From Terriglobales bacterium (GTDB taxonomy: Bacteria > Acidobacteriota > Terriglobia > Terriglobales > Acidobacteriaceae), in contig DATMXP010000018.1 in the NCBI GenBank assembly GCA_035561515.1, positions 104,681 through 168,680 on the forward strand: a DNA stretch of 64,000 nucleotides. Direction: 5' to 3'. Under the pieces are notes generated by a model. It did no database searches. It saw only the letters and a program-made list of their open reading frames with translations, and had not been told where the DNA came from. The stretch's first letter is position 1. Every line of letters begins with the position of its first letter. Shown here piece by piece: positions 17,597 through 26,544 of the stretch. Both the position numbers and the translations under genes were made by a program.

Positions 17597-17669
17597 GAAC
17601 TTACCTGCAAGTCTTCGACTAACTCTTTTGTTTTCACGACCGAAAGAAATTTTGTGAAGGGACTGAAGT

Positions 17670-18266
17670 ATGAGCTACCGATTTTGCGAACACATCAAGG
17701 ACAACAATGAGCCCTGCGGTTCTCCCGCGCTCCGCGGACGGCACTTCTGCTATTACCACTCTCGTCTACGTACCGTCTCGCGGCACGAGGGTAAGCCCCG
17801 CATCCGCGTCGGTGCCATCGAGAGCCGTCAGTCCATCGAAATCCTTGCCGCTCAACTCTGCCAGGCTGTCCTCGATGACGAGATCACTCCCACTAAGGCC
17901 AATACCATCCTTCGTGCGCTCAAGTTGGTCGAATCCGCAATGAAGAAGTTTCAAACACTGCACACCCGCGAAGTCGAAGTTCCCGCCAGCATGCAGGAAT
18001 TCGTCGAGCAAGTGGACAGTAGCATCGTTGAGTCTGAGCCTGAGTGCTCCAGTCCGGAAGCCGCTGAACAATATAGCCCTCAGGAATGTGGCACAGACAT
18101 TCCTGCCTGCTCTCCTCCCGGAACCCTCGAACACACCGCCAGGTCTCTCCCTCCCCACCTCCGCTCCAACATCAAACGCATTCTGCGCCAGGGCCCCTCG
18201 CATCCCCAGTTCCGCCAGGTCTCCCGTATGCTCGACGCCCAGATCGCATCCCTCGCTGCCGGATAA
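17670..18266 (+). CDS. Hypothetical protein with an N-terminal Cys/His-rich (zinc-ribbon-like) segment
   Basis: YRFCEHIKDNNEPCGSPALRGRHFCYYH, then a helical middle and a low-complexity acidic/Pro-rich tail. Confidence 0.5.
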   Translation: MSYRFCEHIKDNNEPCGSPALRGRHFCYYHSRLRTVSRHEGKPRIRVGAIESRQSIEILAAQLCQAVLDDEITPTKANTILRALKLVESAMKKFQTLHTREVEVPASMQEFVEQVDSSIVESEPECSSPEAAEQYSPQECGTDIPACSPPGTLEHTARSLPPHLRSNIKRILRQGPSHPQFRQVSRMLDAQIASLAAG

Positions 18267-18349
18267 ATCAATTCAACATTGAAAAATCTTGAAGCCGATG
18301 CTCGCCGGATGCATCCATTCAGGGATTCCCAATTCGCGAGGAGTAATTG

Positions 18350-18943
18350 ATGCGTAAAGTCAGCGTGGTTTCGTTTCTGGTGTTGCTGAGCGCTTTGGTC
18401 GCAGTTGCACAGGCACAGGAGTTCAAGGTTGACCCCGTTCATTCATCGGCGCAATTTAAGGTCAAGCACCTCATGGTCAGCACCGTCGTTGGGCGCTTCA
18501 CTGACCTGGCCGGCACCATCTTGTACGACGCTCAGGACCCTGCGAAGTCAAGGGTAGAAGCCGTCGTCAAGACCGCCAGCATTGACACCGAGAACGCCAC
18601 CCGGGACAAGGACCTTCGCGACAACTATTTCGAGGTGACCAAGTACCCAGAGATGACTTTCAAGAGCACCAAGGTCGAAAAGCGCGGAGATCAGTGGGTC
18701 GCCATCGGACCGCTCACCATCAAGGACGTCACAAAAAACATCGAGGTCCCATTTGAAGTCAACGCTGTGGACAGCCCTCGCGGCAAGATTCTTGGTGCTT
18801 CCGCCACGTTCAAGGTGAATCGTCACGACTACCACGTGAATAAGGGCGGCGTGATCGACAACGGAGCCGTAGTGGGGAGCGACATCGCCATCGAACTCAA
18901 CGTTGAGGCCCGTCCGCCCGCGCCCGCTCCGGCCGCCAAGTAG
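18350..18943 (+). CDS. YceI family (polyisoprenoid-binding) periplasmic protein
   Basis: A signal peptide, then FKVDPVHSSAQFKVKHLMVSTVVGRFTD...ASIDTENATRDKDLR. SD GAGGAG. Confidence 0.85.
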   Translation: MRKVSVVSFLVLLSALVAVAQAQEFKVDPVHSSAQFKVKHLMVSTVVGRFTDLAGTILYDAQDPAKSRVEAVVKTASIDTENATRDKDLRDNYFEVTKYPEMTFKSTKVEKRGDQWVAIGPLTIKDVTKNIEVPFEVNAVDSPRGKILGASATFKVNRHDYHVNKGGVIDNGAVVGSDIAIELNVEARPPAPAPAAK

Positions 18944-19011
18944 TGCCGGGCGTGTGCCCCACGTAAGAGGCTCGACTTGGTAAAATATCCATTCCTACCG
19001 AGGGTGAATGG

Positions 19012-19296
19012 ATGGCGATGGAATCAGATAAGGTGATGTTCGAGATCTACCGTGACTCGACGTACACGGGAAAGTACCGTGTCGTCTACTACACGGAGCT
19101 GAACGAGAACAATAAGGAATGGGAAATCAATAAGGCCATGGCAGGCGAGCATTTCTACGATGGCTTCATCAGGAACTTCGGCAAGGACGAAGCCAAAGAC
19201 ATCATTGATGCCTTGCTCAAGCGCATGAATGACGGCGAGAATCTGTCGTCCAACGATATCGAACGCGAGTTGGGAACTCATCTCGCGACCCGATAA
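19012..19296 (+). CDS. Small hypothetical protein (94 aa)
   Basis: Coding-like composition and good length. I recognise no motif. Confidence 0.45.
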   Translation: MAMESDKVMFEIYRDSTYTGKYRVVYYTELNENNKEWEINKAMAGEHFYDGFIRNFGKDEAKDIIDALLKRMNDGENLSSNDIERELGTHLATR

Positions 19297-19319
19297 GCTC
19301 GGTTCCGGGAAACAAAGAA

Positions 19320-19352
19320 GGGCGTTGCGTGGGTGCAACGCCCTTTCGTTTT
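19320..19352. terminator. Bidirectional rho-independent terminator
   Basis: GGGCGTTGC-gtgggt-GCAACGCCC followed by TTTCGTTTT, with an A-rich tract upstream. It lies between convergent genes. Confidence 0.7.
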
Positions 19353-19391
19353 GCCCGGCCGCGAGGTGGCGCTGCCGGCAAAACAGCGCAA

Positions 19392-20128
19392 TCATCCGCC
19401 AAGGACGAACGTGACGGTGATCTGCGTTTCAACCTCAACGGGTTCGCCGTTGAGCAGATACGGCTTGTAGCGCCATTGGCGGACCGCATCCATGGCGCTG
19501 CCGATCAACAGTGGAGGACCACTGACAGCATGCAAACCTTGTATCGATCCATCGCGCCCAATCATCGCCTGCAGCACGACCGTACCTTGCTGCCGGATAG
19601 CGATGGCAGGTCTCGGATACACCGGCTGCACCTTCCGGAGCAGCAGGCCTTCGTCCAGGTGCGAAATGCGAACCATCTTCGGCTTCGGACGCGTGGGTTC
19701 CGGCGGAGCGACCGGCACCACGTTCGACGGAAGGAAGGCAGCAAACCTGTTGTTGCCCCGGCCATCGCCGGCCGGTGCGCCCTCGACATAAGGTCCCGGC
19801 TCAACTGAACGGATGGCGCTCTCGTTGATGTCGGCAACGGTGTCTGGAACTTTGCTGGGCTCCTGCAATCTGCCATTCACGATGTCGGTACTCGTGGGCG
19901 GCTTCGGTCGACCCGTGGCTTGCCTGGGCGGCTCAGGCGGGCGCCCTCTCGGGGGCAACGGCATTTCGATCCAGGTTTTTAAGCTTCCGAGCGGCACTGC
20001 GTCGGTGTAGTACAGCGGTACCAGTACCAGCACCGTCAAGCAGATGGCCTGCAATCCGAACGAGGCCATAGCGGCGACGCGGTGCTGCGGATTACGGCGG
20101 GCATAGCGAAGAGGCTGTCTTCGAACAT
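19392..20128 (-). CDS. tonB: Energy transducer TonB with an apparent frame break near the 5' end (possible pseudogene, sequencing error or N-terminally shortened protein)
   Basis: C-terminal TonB domain VQPVYPRPAIAIRQQGTVVLQAMIGRDGSI...YKPYLLNGEPVEV, a Pro-rich spacer, and TM helix SFGLQAICLTVLVLVPLYY. The SD AGGAGGA plus ATG at 20128 (MFEDSLFA...) is in a different frame from the main ORF. Confidence 0.6.
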
Positions 20129-20163
20129 GGGTCCTCCTGACTGTTTCTGGAGGAGTGCACCCC

Positions 20164-21696
20164 TTATTCGCGATCGCTACTGCTATTGACACCGCTTCTG
20201 GATGGATTTGCTCCAACTATATTTTTCGTTATACCGGGAACAACTGCGAAGGCCGTGGTGTCAGCATCGCACTGCATCGACGCGATGAAGATTCGGTCTG
20301 GACGCAACTCAAGACCGTCGAGCCAGCCATTCTGGAAGGTCGTGAATGCCGCCGCGGCGTTACCTTGAGCGTCGGTCACGCGCATGTCACTGATGCGGGA
20401 GCAGGGAAGTTGAACCGCAGCCGTCTCGTGACGCGCGTCGATCTCTGTTCCATCGGCATCAGTCTCGTCGCGGTTCAGGCTGCGCAGCCAGGCAACAACG
20501 ACCACCCGGTCGTCAGCGCGTTCAATCACGTTTACGACCGCGTTCGATTCCATCGCAGCCGACGACAGGGTTCTTGCCGCCAGCGCCCGACTGGGCTTGT
20601 CGAAAAGCTTGTTGAAGTAGCGAAGAGCATAGAACGTCGGTTTACGTTTGCCGCGGTAGTCCAATAACCCGAGGTGAAAGTTCACATGATCGTCGGAGAA
20701 GGTCGTTGTCTTCGGGTCGAAGTCATCGATCCGATACCAGCCCGTCAGCGTGACCTTCCCCGACGCAAGCGCCATCACCTGCGCCTTGAACAGCGCAGTG
20801 GCAGCGTATTGCGGCGTATGCTCATGCGGAAATGGCGCTGTCACGCCGTACTTGTTGGCCAGCGTCGGCGAGAAGCGATAATCGGCATAGCCGATCTCGT
20901 TCAACCACAGATCCTGTCGCGCACCATCGGCTTCCAGCAGGTCCGCCATCTTGTCGACCCAGGATTGGTGAACCGTCTCAGCCCGCTCCTCGAGCCACGA
21001 TTCCGGATAACCGTGCATGGCGATCACGTCCACCAACTTCTCGACGTCGTACTTCTCGATCAGTTCCCGGAAGAACGGCGATGGCCCTTTGCTCATGCCG
21101 GCCAGAACGAGCGTCGCGTTCGGATCGGCCTTGCGAATGGCCGCCGCTGCAAGTCGAACCAGTTCCGCGAACCGCTCCGTCGAGCCCATCCAATACTCCT
21201 CGATGTCCGGTTCATTCCAGATCTCCCACGAGTGAATCCGGCCACGATAGCGCCGTGCGACCTGATACATCGTATCGGCGTAGAACTTCGGATCGGTTGG
21301 TGGACGTTTCCAGAATTGGTCAGGTGTGCCCGCCGCCCATTCGGGTGTGTACGCAACGTATGGAATCAGCTTGATGTTGGTACGCTCGGCTTCATCGACC
21401 AGCATGTCCCAGAACTTCCAGTTGTACTTGCCGCGCTGGTTCTCGATGGCGTTCCAGGTAAAGGAACACCGCAAGTACTTCGCCCCGACCTGCTGCGCCA
21501 CCTGCATGTGCCTGCGCACACGCTCGCGCGAACTCGTGCCGTCGAAGTAGTCATCGGCGACAGCCGTGGGCATCCAGTAAAAGCCGCGAATGTCGGCTTC
21601 TCGGCTGCGGGAGTTCAACGCTGGGTTGACCTGCTGGGCAGCGCAAAGACTGGCCATCAGCACTGCGCCCGCGATCGCAAGACGGAACAACTTCAT
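20164..21696 (-). CDS. Secreted glycoside hydrolase, clan GH-A (GH39/GH5-like)
   Basis: SD GGAGGA plus signal peptide MKLFRLAIAGAVLMASLCAAQQ. Acid/base motif WEIWNEPD and nucleophile-like LWLNEIGY. Confidence 0.7.
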   Translation of the reverse strand: MKLFRLAIAGAVLMASLCAAQQVNPALNSRSREADIRGFYWMPTAVADDYFDGTSSRERVRRHMQVAQQVGAKYLRCSFTWNAIENQRGKYNWKFWDMLVDEAERTNIKLIPYVAYTPEWAAGTPDQFWKRPPTDPKFYADTMYQVARRYRGRIHSWEIWNEPDIEEYWMGSTERFAELVRLAAAAIRKADPNATLVLAGMSKGPSPFFRELIEKYDVEKLVDVIAMHGYPESWLEERAETVHQSWVDKMADLLEADGARQDLWLNEIGYADYRFSPTLANKYGVTAPFPHEHTPQYAATALFKAQVMALASGKVTLTGWYRIDDFDPKTTTFSDDHVNFHLGLLDYRGKRKPTFYALRYFNKLFDKPSRALAARTLSSAAMESNAVVNVIERADDRVVVVAWLRSLNRDETDADGTEIDARHETAAVQLPCSRISDMRVTDAQGNAAAAFTTFQNGWLDGLELRPDRIFIASMQCDADTTAFAVVPGITKNIVGANPSRSGVNSSSDRE

Positions 21697-21912
21697 TCCT
21701 CCAGCGTAGCGATTGCGAGCGGGCCAATCTATAAGGTGTTCGATGGGCATTGCTGGCCAGCACTTCTTAACCCGCGTCGTTTTACCGACCGTTAAATGCT
21801 GCGATGGTTCGTGGAACGGCATTCCATTGACCTTGCATTTGACCGCATCCGGTTGAAGATCTAGCGCGCCCGCTTCATCAAAACCCCAAGTCACTTTTGA
21901 GGAGGTGTAACA

Positions 21913-22158
21913 ATGTCGGGTCTCTATAAAGCTGCTCTGGGATTGGTGATTGTCGGTGCTCTGAACTGGCTTCTCGTAGGACTGTTTAACTGGAATCTCG
22001 TGGGAGCCATCTTCGGCGGCGACATGTCTGTGCTCAGCCGGATCATCTACACGGTGGTTGGTATCTGCGGCCTCATCTCCATCGGGATTCTGGCGCGGAA
22101 CCTGGACGCGAAGCCGCATGCAGTGCATGGCGATCGGGAAGTCCGCAGGGTCGCTTAA
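21913..22158 (+). CDS. DUF378 family small membrane protein
   Basis: VGALNWLLVGLFNWNLVGAIFGG...SRIIYTVVGICGL. SD GAGGAGG. Confidence 0.8.
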   Translation: MSGLYKAALGLVIVGALNWLLVGLFNWNLVGAIFGGDMSVLSRIIYTVVGICGLISIGILARNLDAKPHAVHGDREVRRVA

Positions 22159-22179
22159 TTCTGACGAGAAGGAATGGAA

Positions 22180-22206
22180 GGCGGAGCAAATCGGCTCCGC
22201 CTTTTC
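22180..22206 (+). terminator. Rho-independent terminator
   Basis: GGCGGAGC-aaatcg-GCTCCGCC followed by TTTTC. Confidence 0.6.
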
Positions 22207-22629
22207 TCATGCGTACAGTTGATAGAGCATCAGGTAGATGACTACGCCCGTGACGGACACATACAGCCAAACCGGATATGTCCAGCGTGCTATCGGGCGA
22301 TGACGATCAAACCGGCCCTTCAAGCCGCGCGTCAGCGTCACCAGAACCATCGGTACGACGATGGCCGCAAGCACGGTATGTGTGAGCAGAATTGTGAAGT
22401 AAACGGTGCGAACCCATCCTTGTCCCGGGAAGTGTTTCGACCCAACTTCAGCGTGGTAGATCAGGTACGAAATCAGGAACAGCGTGGACGTGCAGAACGC
22501 CGCGATCATTACGGCGCGATGCGCCTTCTGCCGTCCGGTCTTAATCAGGTAAATGCCGATTCCGATCAGTACAGCAGCGGTGCCGTTCAGGACGGCATTC
22601 ACCGCGGGCAGTTGCGTGTAGTCGATCAT
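22207..22629 (-). CDS. DUF420 membrane protein (CtaM-like cytochrome oxidase assembly factor family)
   Basis: LPAVNAVLNGTAAVLIGIGIYLIK...HRAVMIAAF...YLIYH. ATG at 22629 lies 1 nt after the upstream stop (TGAcATG). Confidence 0.75.
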   Translation of the reverse strand: MIDYTQLPAVNAVLNGTAAVLIGIGIYLIKTGRQKAHRAVMIAAFCTSTLFLISYLIYHAEVGSKHFPGQGWVRTVYFTILLTHTVLAAIVVPMVLVTLTRGLKGRFDRHRPIARWTYPVWLYVSVTGVVIYLMLYQLYA

Positions 22630-22630
22630 G

Positions 22631-23464
22631 TCAGGCTGCAGGTTTCGTCGTGCGGCGATTCGCAACGAAGAAGGCAATGGTGAACATTACCACGGTGAAT
22701 CCGATCAGCACAGCCAGCGAAGTCGCGAGCGCGAAAACAGGCGTTGTCTGCGCAGGGAACAGCAGAGCGCGTAACGCGTCTGTCCCGTATGTCAAAGGGT
22801 TGATGTACATGAGCGCGCGAATCCACGTGGACGCGTGCGTCAGCGAGAACATCGCACCCGACAGGATCCATAACGGAATCAGGAACAGGTTGATGATGGC
22901 GTGAAAGGCCTGCGTGGAGTCCATCGGCCAGGCGATGATGAATCCCAGCGATGTCAGCGAGAACGCAATCAGGAAGATGACCAACACGCTCATCAACAAG
23001 CTGGCCAGAGAGAAGTGCACGCCGATGAATGGTGCGAGCACGAGAAACATCAGCCCCTGCAAAGCGGCCAGAGTTGTTCCGCCCAACACTTTTCCAAGTA
23101 CGATCACAGATCGGCTCACCGGCGCCACCAACACCGAAAGCAGGAAGCCTTCGTTACGGTCTTCGATCACCGACATCATCGTGAAGATCGCCGTGAAGAG
23201 CACGATCATCGTCAGCGCGCCGGTGTAGAAGAACGTGAGGTAGCTTTGCCCAGAAGCGCCAGCACTGGCGCTGAACGAATTGCCGAAGCCCGAGCCGATG
23301 ACGATCCAGAAAAGCAGTGGAGACGCGATTACGCCGGCCACGCGACTGCGGTTACGGTAGAAGCGGACAACTTCACGTTTCCACAGAGACATGGCCGGTG
23401 TGATTACGCCGGGACTCGAGGTAACCGAAGCAGTGCGCGGAAGTGTTTGAGTGCCGCTGGCCAT
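22631..23464 (-). CDS. ABC-2 type transporter permease
   Basis: Six hydrophobic segments, an ABC-2 signature region, and a start immediately after the ATPase gene stop. Confidence 0.8.
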   Translation of the reverse strand: MASGTQTLPRTASVTSSPGVITPAMSLWKREVVRFYRNRSRVAGVIASPLLFWIVIGSGFGNSFSASAGASGQSYLTFFYTGALTMIVLFTAIFTMMSVIEDRNEGFLLSVLVAPVSRSVIVLGKVLGGTTLAALQGLMFLVLAPFIGVHFSLASLLMSVLVIFLIAFSLTSLGFIIAWPMDSTQAFHAIINLFLIPLWILSGAMFSLTHASTWIRALMYINPLTYGTDALRALLFPAQTTPVFALATSLAVLIGFTVVMFTIAFFVANRRTTKPAA

Positions 23465-24487
23465 TTACTTCTTCTTTCCCTTACCCTTCGCCGGAACAGA
23501 TTCGGCGGCTTGATTCTCGGTCCAGAAGCGATGGCCGGTGCGGTGAATGAACACGTCTTCGAGGGTCGGTTTCGCGACGGTGATTGCATCAATGGAGCCG
23601 GGAAAAGCTTCGACGACATCGGTGACGAAGCGATGTCCCTGTTCGCGCTCCAGTCGAACCTTACCGTCGAGAACGGCGGCTTCAAGTCCGAAGTGCGAGC
23701 GAATCCTGGACGAGAGCCCTTCCGCATCGGCAGTCTCAAGCAGAATCACGTCGCCGCCGATCTCGCGCTTCAGTTCGGCTGGCGTGCCGAGTGCAACCAG
23801 ATGTCCTTCACTCAGGATCGCCAAACGGTCACAGCGTTCGGCTTCTTCCATCAGGTGAGTGGTCACGATAATTGTGACACCGTCCTGATCGCGGAGCATC
23901 GCGAGATACTGCCATAGATCCTTGCGCGCGCCCGGATCGAGTCCGGTCGTTGGTTCGTCGAGCAGCAGAACCGCCGGACGATGCAGCAGTCCTTTCGCGA
24001 GTTCCAGTCGGCGCTGCATACCACCGGAAAATGTTTCCGCGAGGTCGTTGGCACGGTCGAGAAGGCCGACTCGAGTCAGTGTTTCGGTGACGCGGGCTTG
24101 CAATACCGCGCCACGCAAACCGTATAGGTGTCCAACGTGCCGGAGGTTTTCGGCGGCCGTGAGCTTTACGTCGATGCTGGGCGACTGGAAGACAACGCCG
24201 ATCTGCTTGCGCAGTCCAGCGGGATCTTTCGCTGCGTCGAATCCCATGATCACGGCGCGACCGCCAGACGGCAGCATCAGCGTGGAAAGGATACGGAACA
24301 TGGTCGTCTTGCCGCTGCCGTTCGGGCCAAGAAGACCGAATAACTCGGCAGGGAAGACCCGGAACGAGACGCCGTCAAGCGCTTTCCTCACGCCGTAGCT
24401 GTGGCGCAGGTCCTCGACGGAGATGACCGCTGTTGCGCTTGCTCCTTGCAAGAGGTCTGTGTCCGATAGATTCGTAGTAGTAGTCAA
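23465..24487 (-). CDS. ABC transporter ATP-binding protein (DrrA/NosF-like)
   Basis: Walker A GPNGSGKTT, signature FSGGMQRRL, Walker B LLLDEPTTGLD. Confidence 0.9.
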   Translation of the reverse strand: MTTTTNLSDTDLLQGASATAVISVEDLRHSYGVRKALDGVSFRVFPAELFGLLGPNGSGKTTMFRILSTLMLPSGGRAVIMGFDAAKDPAGLRKQIGVVFQSPSIDVKLTAAENLRHVGHLYGLRGAVLQARVTETLTRVGLLDRANDLAETFSGGMQRRLELAKGLLHRPAVLLLDEPTTGLDPGARKDLWQYLAMLRDQDGVTIIVTTHLMEEAERCDRLAILSEGHLVALGTPAELKREIGGDVILLETADAEGLSSRIRSHFGLEAAVLDGKVRLEREQGHRFVTDVVEAFPGSIDAITVAKPTLEDVFIHRTGHRFWTENQAAESVPAKGKGKKK

Positions 24488-24558
24488 AGTTCCCGCTGAA
24501 CTGGGTTTGTGAAGGATTCCTTCAATTCTAGCCGATCAAGGCAGGCACAACGCTCTTG

Positions 24559-25482
24559 TTACTTTATGTCTAACATCATGAGAGCCATAAGAATCGGCAG
24601 GTACAAAACTGTTGCCTGCAACAGTTGTCGTGCCGGCGCCTTGGATACAGGCGCGCTCGCCGGAAGCTTCTTCGAAGCCAGTCTCCAGCCAAAGTAAAGA
24701 AGTCCTAGCCCCAACAGAAACGCCCCGAACAAATAGATTCGCCCCGCCATCCCGATTGCTCCAGGCATCATGCTGACGGGAATAAGTGCGATCGAGTACA
24801 GAATTATTTCGCGCGCGGTAGCGCGTCCATCGGCGTAGACCACGGGAAGCATGCGTATATCCGCCCGCTCGTAGTCTTCCCGGTACAGCCACGCGATCGA
24901 ATAAAAGTGCGGGAACTGCCACAGGAAGAGGATGGTGAACAGCAGCACCGCTTCCCAGTCAATACGGTTGCGAAACGCAGCCCAGCCGAGCAGCGGAGGC
25001 ATTGCGCCGGGGAAAGCTCCGATGAAAGTGCAAATCGGCGATACGCGCTTCAAGGGCGTGTACACGCCCAAGTAAACGACGGACGTCGCAAACGTGAGCA
25101 GAGCAGCCAAGGCGTTTGTTGCGAGCCAAAGGTACAAGGTGCCGCCGAAGATCATCACGCCAGCCATGACGCTCGCGTGCATCAGGCTCATACGCTTCGC
25201 AGGCAGCGGACGCTGTGCGGTGCGCCGCATACGAGCATCGCCTTCGCGCTCGATCACTTCGTTGAAGGCAGCAGTTCCGGCAGAGACCAAACCGATTCCG
25301 AACAACGCATGAAACAAAGTCCACGAAAGTGAACTCATGCCCGACTTGTAAGCGCCGAAGTAGAAGCCAGTCCACGCGGTCATCACAATCAGGGTGGTTA
25401 CGCGCAACTTGATCAGTTCGGCGTAATCGCGAAGGAGTGAAGCGAATCCAGAGCGTGGTATTGCCATTGGGACGCTGCTCAT
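24559..25482 (-). CDS. ctaB: Protoheme IX farnesyltransferase (heme O synthase)
   Basis: UbiA-family pattern LIKLRVTTLIVMT...NEVIEREGDARMRRT..RPLP with multiple TM helices. There is a 4-nt overlap with ctaA. Confidence 0.9.
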   Translation of the reverse strand: MSSVPMAIPRSGFASLLRDYAELIKLRVTTLIVMTAWTGFYFGAYKSGMSSLSWTLFHALFGIGLVSAGTAAFNEVIEREGDARMRRTAQRPLPAKRMSLMHASVMAGVMIFGGTLYLWLATNALAALLTFATSVVYLGVYTPLKRVSPICTFIGAFPGAMPPLLGWAAFRNRIDWEAVLLFTILFLWQFPHFYSIAWLYREDYERADIRMLPVVYADGRATAREIILYSIALIPVSMMPGAIGMAGRIYLFGAFLLGLGLLYFGWRLASKKLPASAPVSKAPARQLLQATVLYLPILMALMMLDIK

Positions 25483-26498
25483 GCGGTCACCGCCTTCACG
25501 CCTTTCGAGACTCGTTCTTCACCCAACACCGGAACATGACGCCAAGCCTGGATGGCAAGTACAACAGCCGTTGCCAGGAGCAAGGCACCGACGGCTACGT
25601 GTGCCACGGTGGACCAAACCATGAATGGTTCGGGCTGAACTGCATCACGCCCCCAGACGATCTTGGTCAGGAACGAGATGAACCCGAGGCAAAGCTGAAC
25701 CATGACGAGTCCAAGCATCATGACCGCAGGACGCTTCAGCGACTCAACCTGCGAGTAGTACGAGAGCACTCGTATCGACGTCCAGGTGAGCACAATGGCG
25801 ACTACCGCTGCATTGAAGACGTGTGGTTCCCAACTCATGCCCTTGTGGCGGAACATGCCGCCGAGCGCCAACTGCACATAGAGGACAAGTACGGAAAGGA
25901 GCGTAAGGTTGATCAGCGACGGTTTGCGACGATCGACGGCGGTCCGCTCAACTTCACCGGTGTACTTACGGCCGGTGAGGAGCGCGATGGCAACAGATAT
26001 ACAGAAGAAGGTCTGACCGACAATGGCATGCGCGGTGGAAACCATCGGCGGGAGCAGATGCAACACTGTAACTCCGCCGAGGATGGCCTGCACGATGATG
26101 GTGGCGAACGCGCCTATTGCAAGACGCTTCATCCACTTACGACGGTCGACCATAAGCGTGAAGATGGTGATGCCGAGGGTCAGCAGGATGGTGAAGCCGG
26201 CCATCATGCGGTGTCCGTGCTCGTAGAGGACTCCGCCGACCATCCTGGGCATTCGGAATGTATGAAAACTGGTGGGCCAATCGGGGACGGCGAGGCCGGC
26301 ATCGTTGCTGGTCACAAGGGCGCCTGCGATGATCAGCAGGAACGTCGCGAAAGATGTGAACAGCGCGTAATAATGATGCGCCTTGTTATACGGGGTGGTG
26401 AGCGACGAACGCAGAAGCCTGCTCCTCGTTATTCTTGCTGTTCCAGACCCGCCGGAACAACCGTTTAGTGTATCACTAAGACCTGTGATACCTGTCAC
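25479..26498 (-). CDS. ctaA: Heme A synthase (COX15/CtaA)
   Basis: Eight TM helices with conserved His motifs (LYEHGHRMMAG, TAHAIVG, HVAVGALL). Adjacent to ctaB. Confidence 0.85.
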   Translation of the reverse strand: MTGITGLSDTLNGCSGGSGTARITRSRLLRSSLTTPYNKAHHYYALFTSFATFLLIIAGALVTSNDAGLAVPDWPTSFHTFRMPRMVGGVLYEHGHRMMAGFTILLTLGITIFTLMVDRRKWMKRLAIGAFATIIVQAILGGVTVLHLLPPMVSTAHAIVGQTFFCISVAIALLTGRKYTGEVERTAVDRRKPSLINLTLLSVLVLYVQLALGGMFRHKGMSWEPHVFNAAVVAIVLTWTSIRVLSYYSQVESLKRPAVMMLGLVMVQLCLGFISFLTKIVWGRDAVQPEPFMVWSTVAHVAVGALLLATAVVLAIQAWRHVPVLGEERVSKGVKAVTA

Positions 26499-26544
26499 TT
26501 AGATGAGGTTTGCTGCTGGTGGTTGCGGCCCAAAATGGGAATCT

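Noticed and set aside
17452-17637. 61-aa minus-strand ORF
   Set aside because: It lies entirely within the palindromic repeat element. The translation contains the tandem RLSVRLSV typical of repeat read-through.
20164-20216. ATG at 20216 as the tonB start (ORF-track model)
   Set aside because: It overlaps the upstream GH gene by 53 nt, has no SD, and its leader MEQIHPEAVSIAVAIANKG has no TonB-like features. A perfect SD+ATG exists at 20128 in another frame.
20674-21795. 373-aa plus-strand ORF
   Set aside because: It is antisense to the clan GH-A hydrolase gene. The translation is Arg/Pro/Leu-rich with no motifs.
21697-22128. 144-aa 5' extension of the GH ORF
   Set aside because: The signal peptide and GGAGGA SD define the start at 21696. 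The extension overlaps the genuine DUF378 gene on the other strand.
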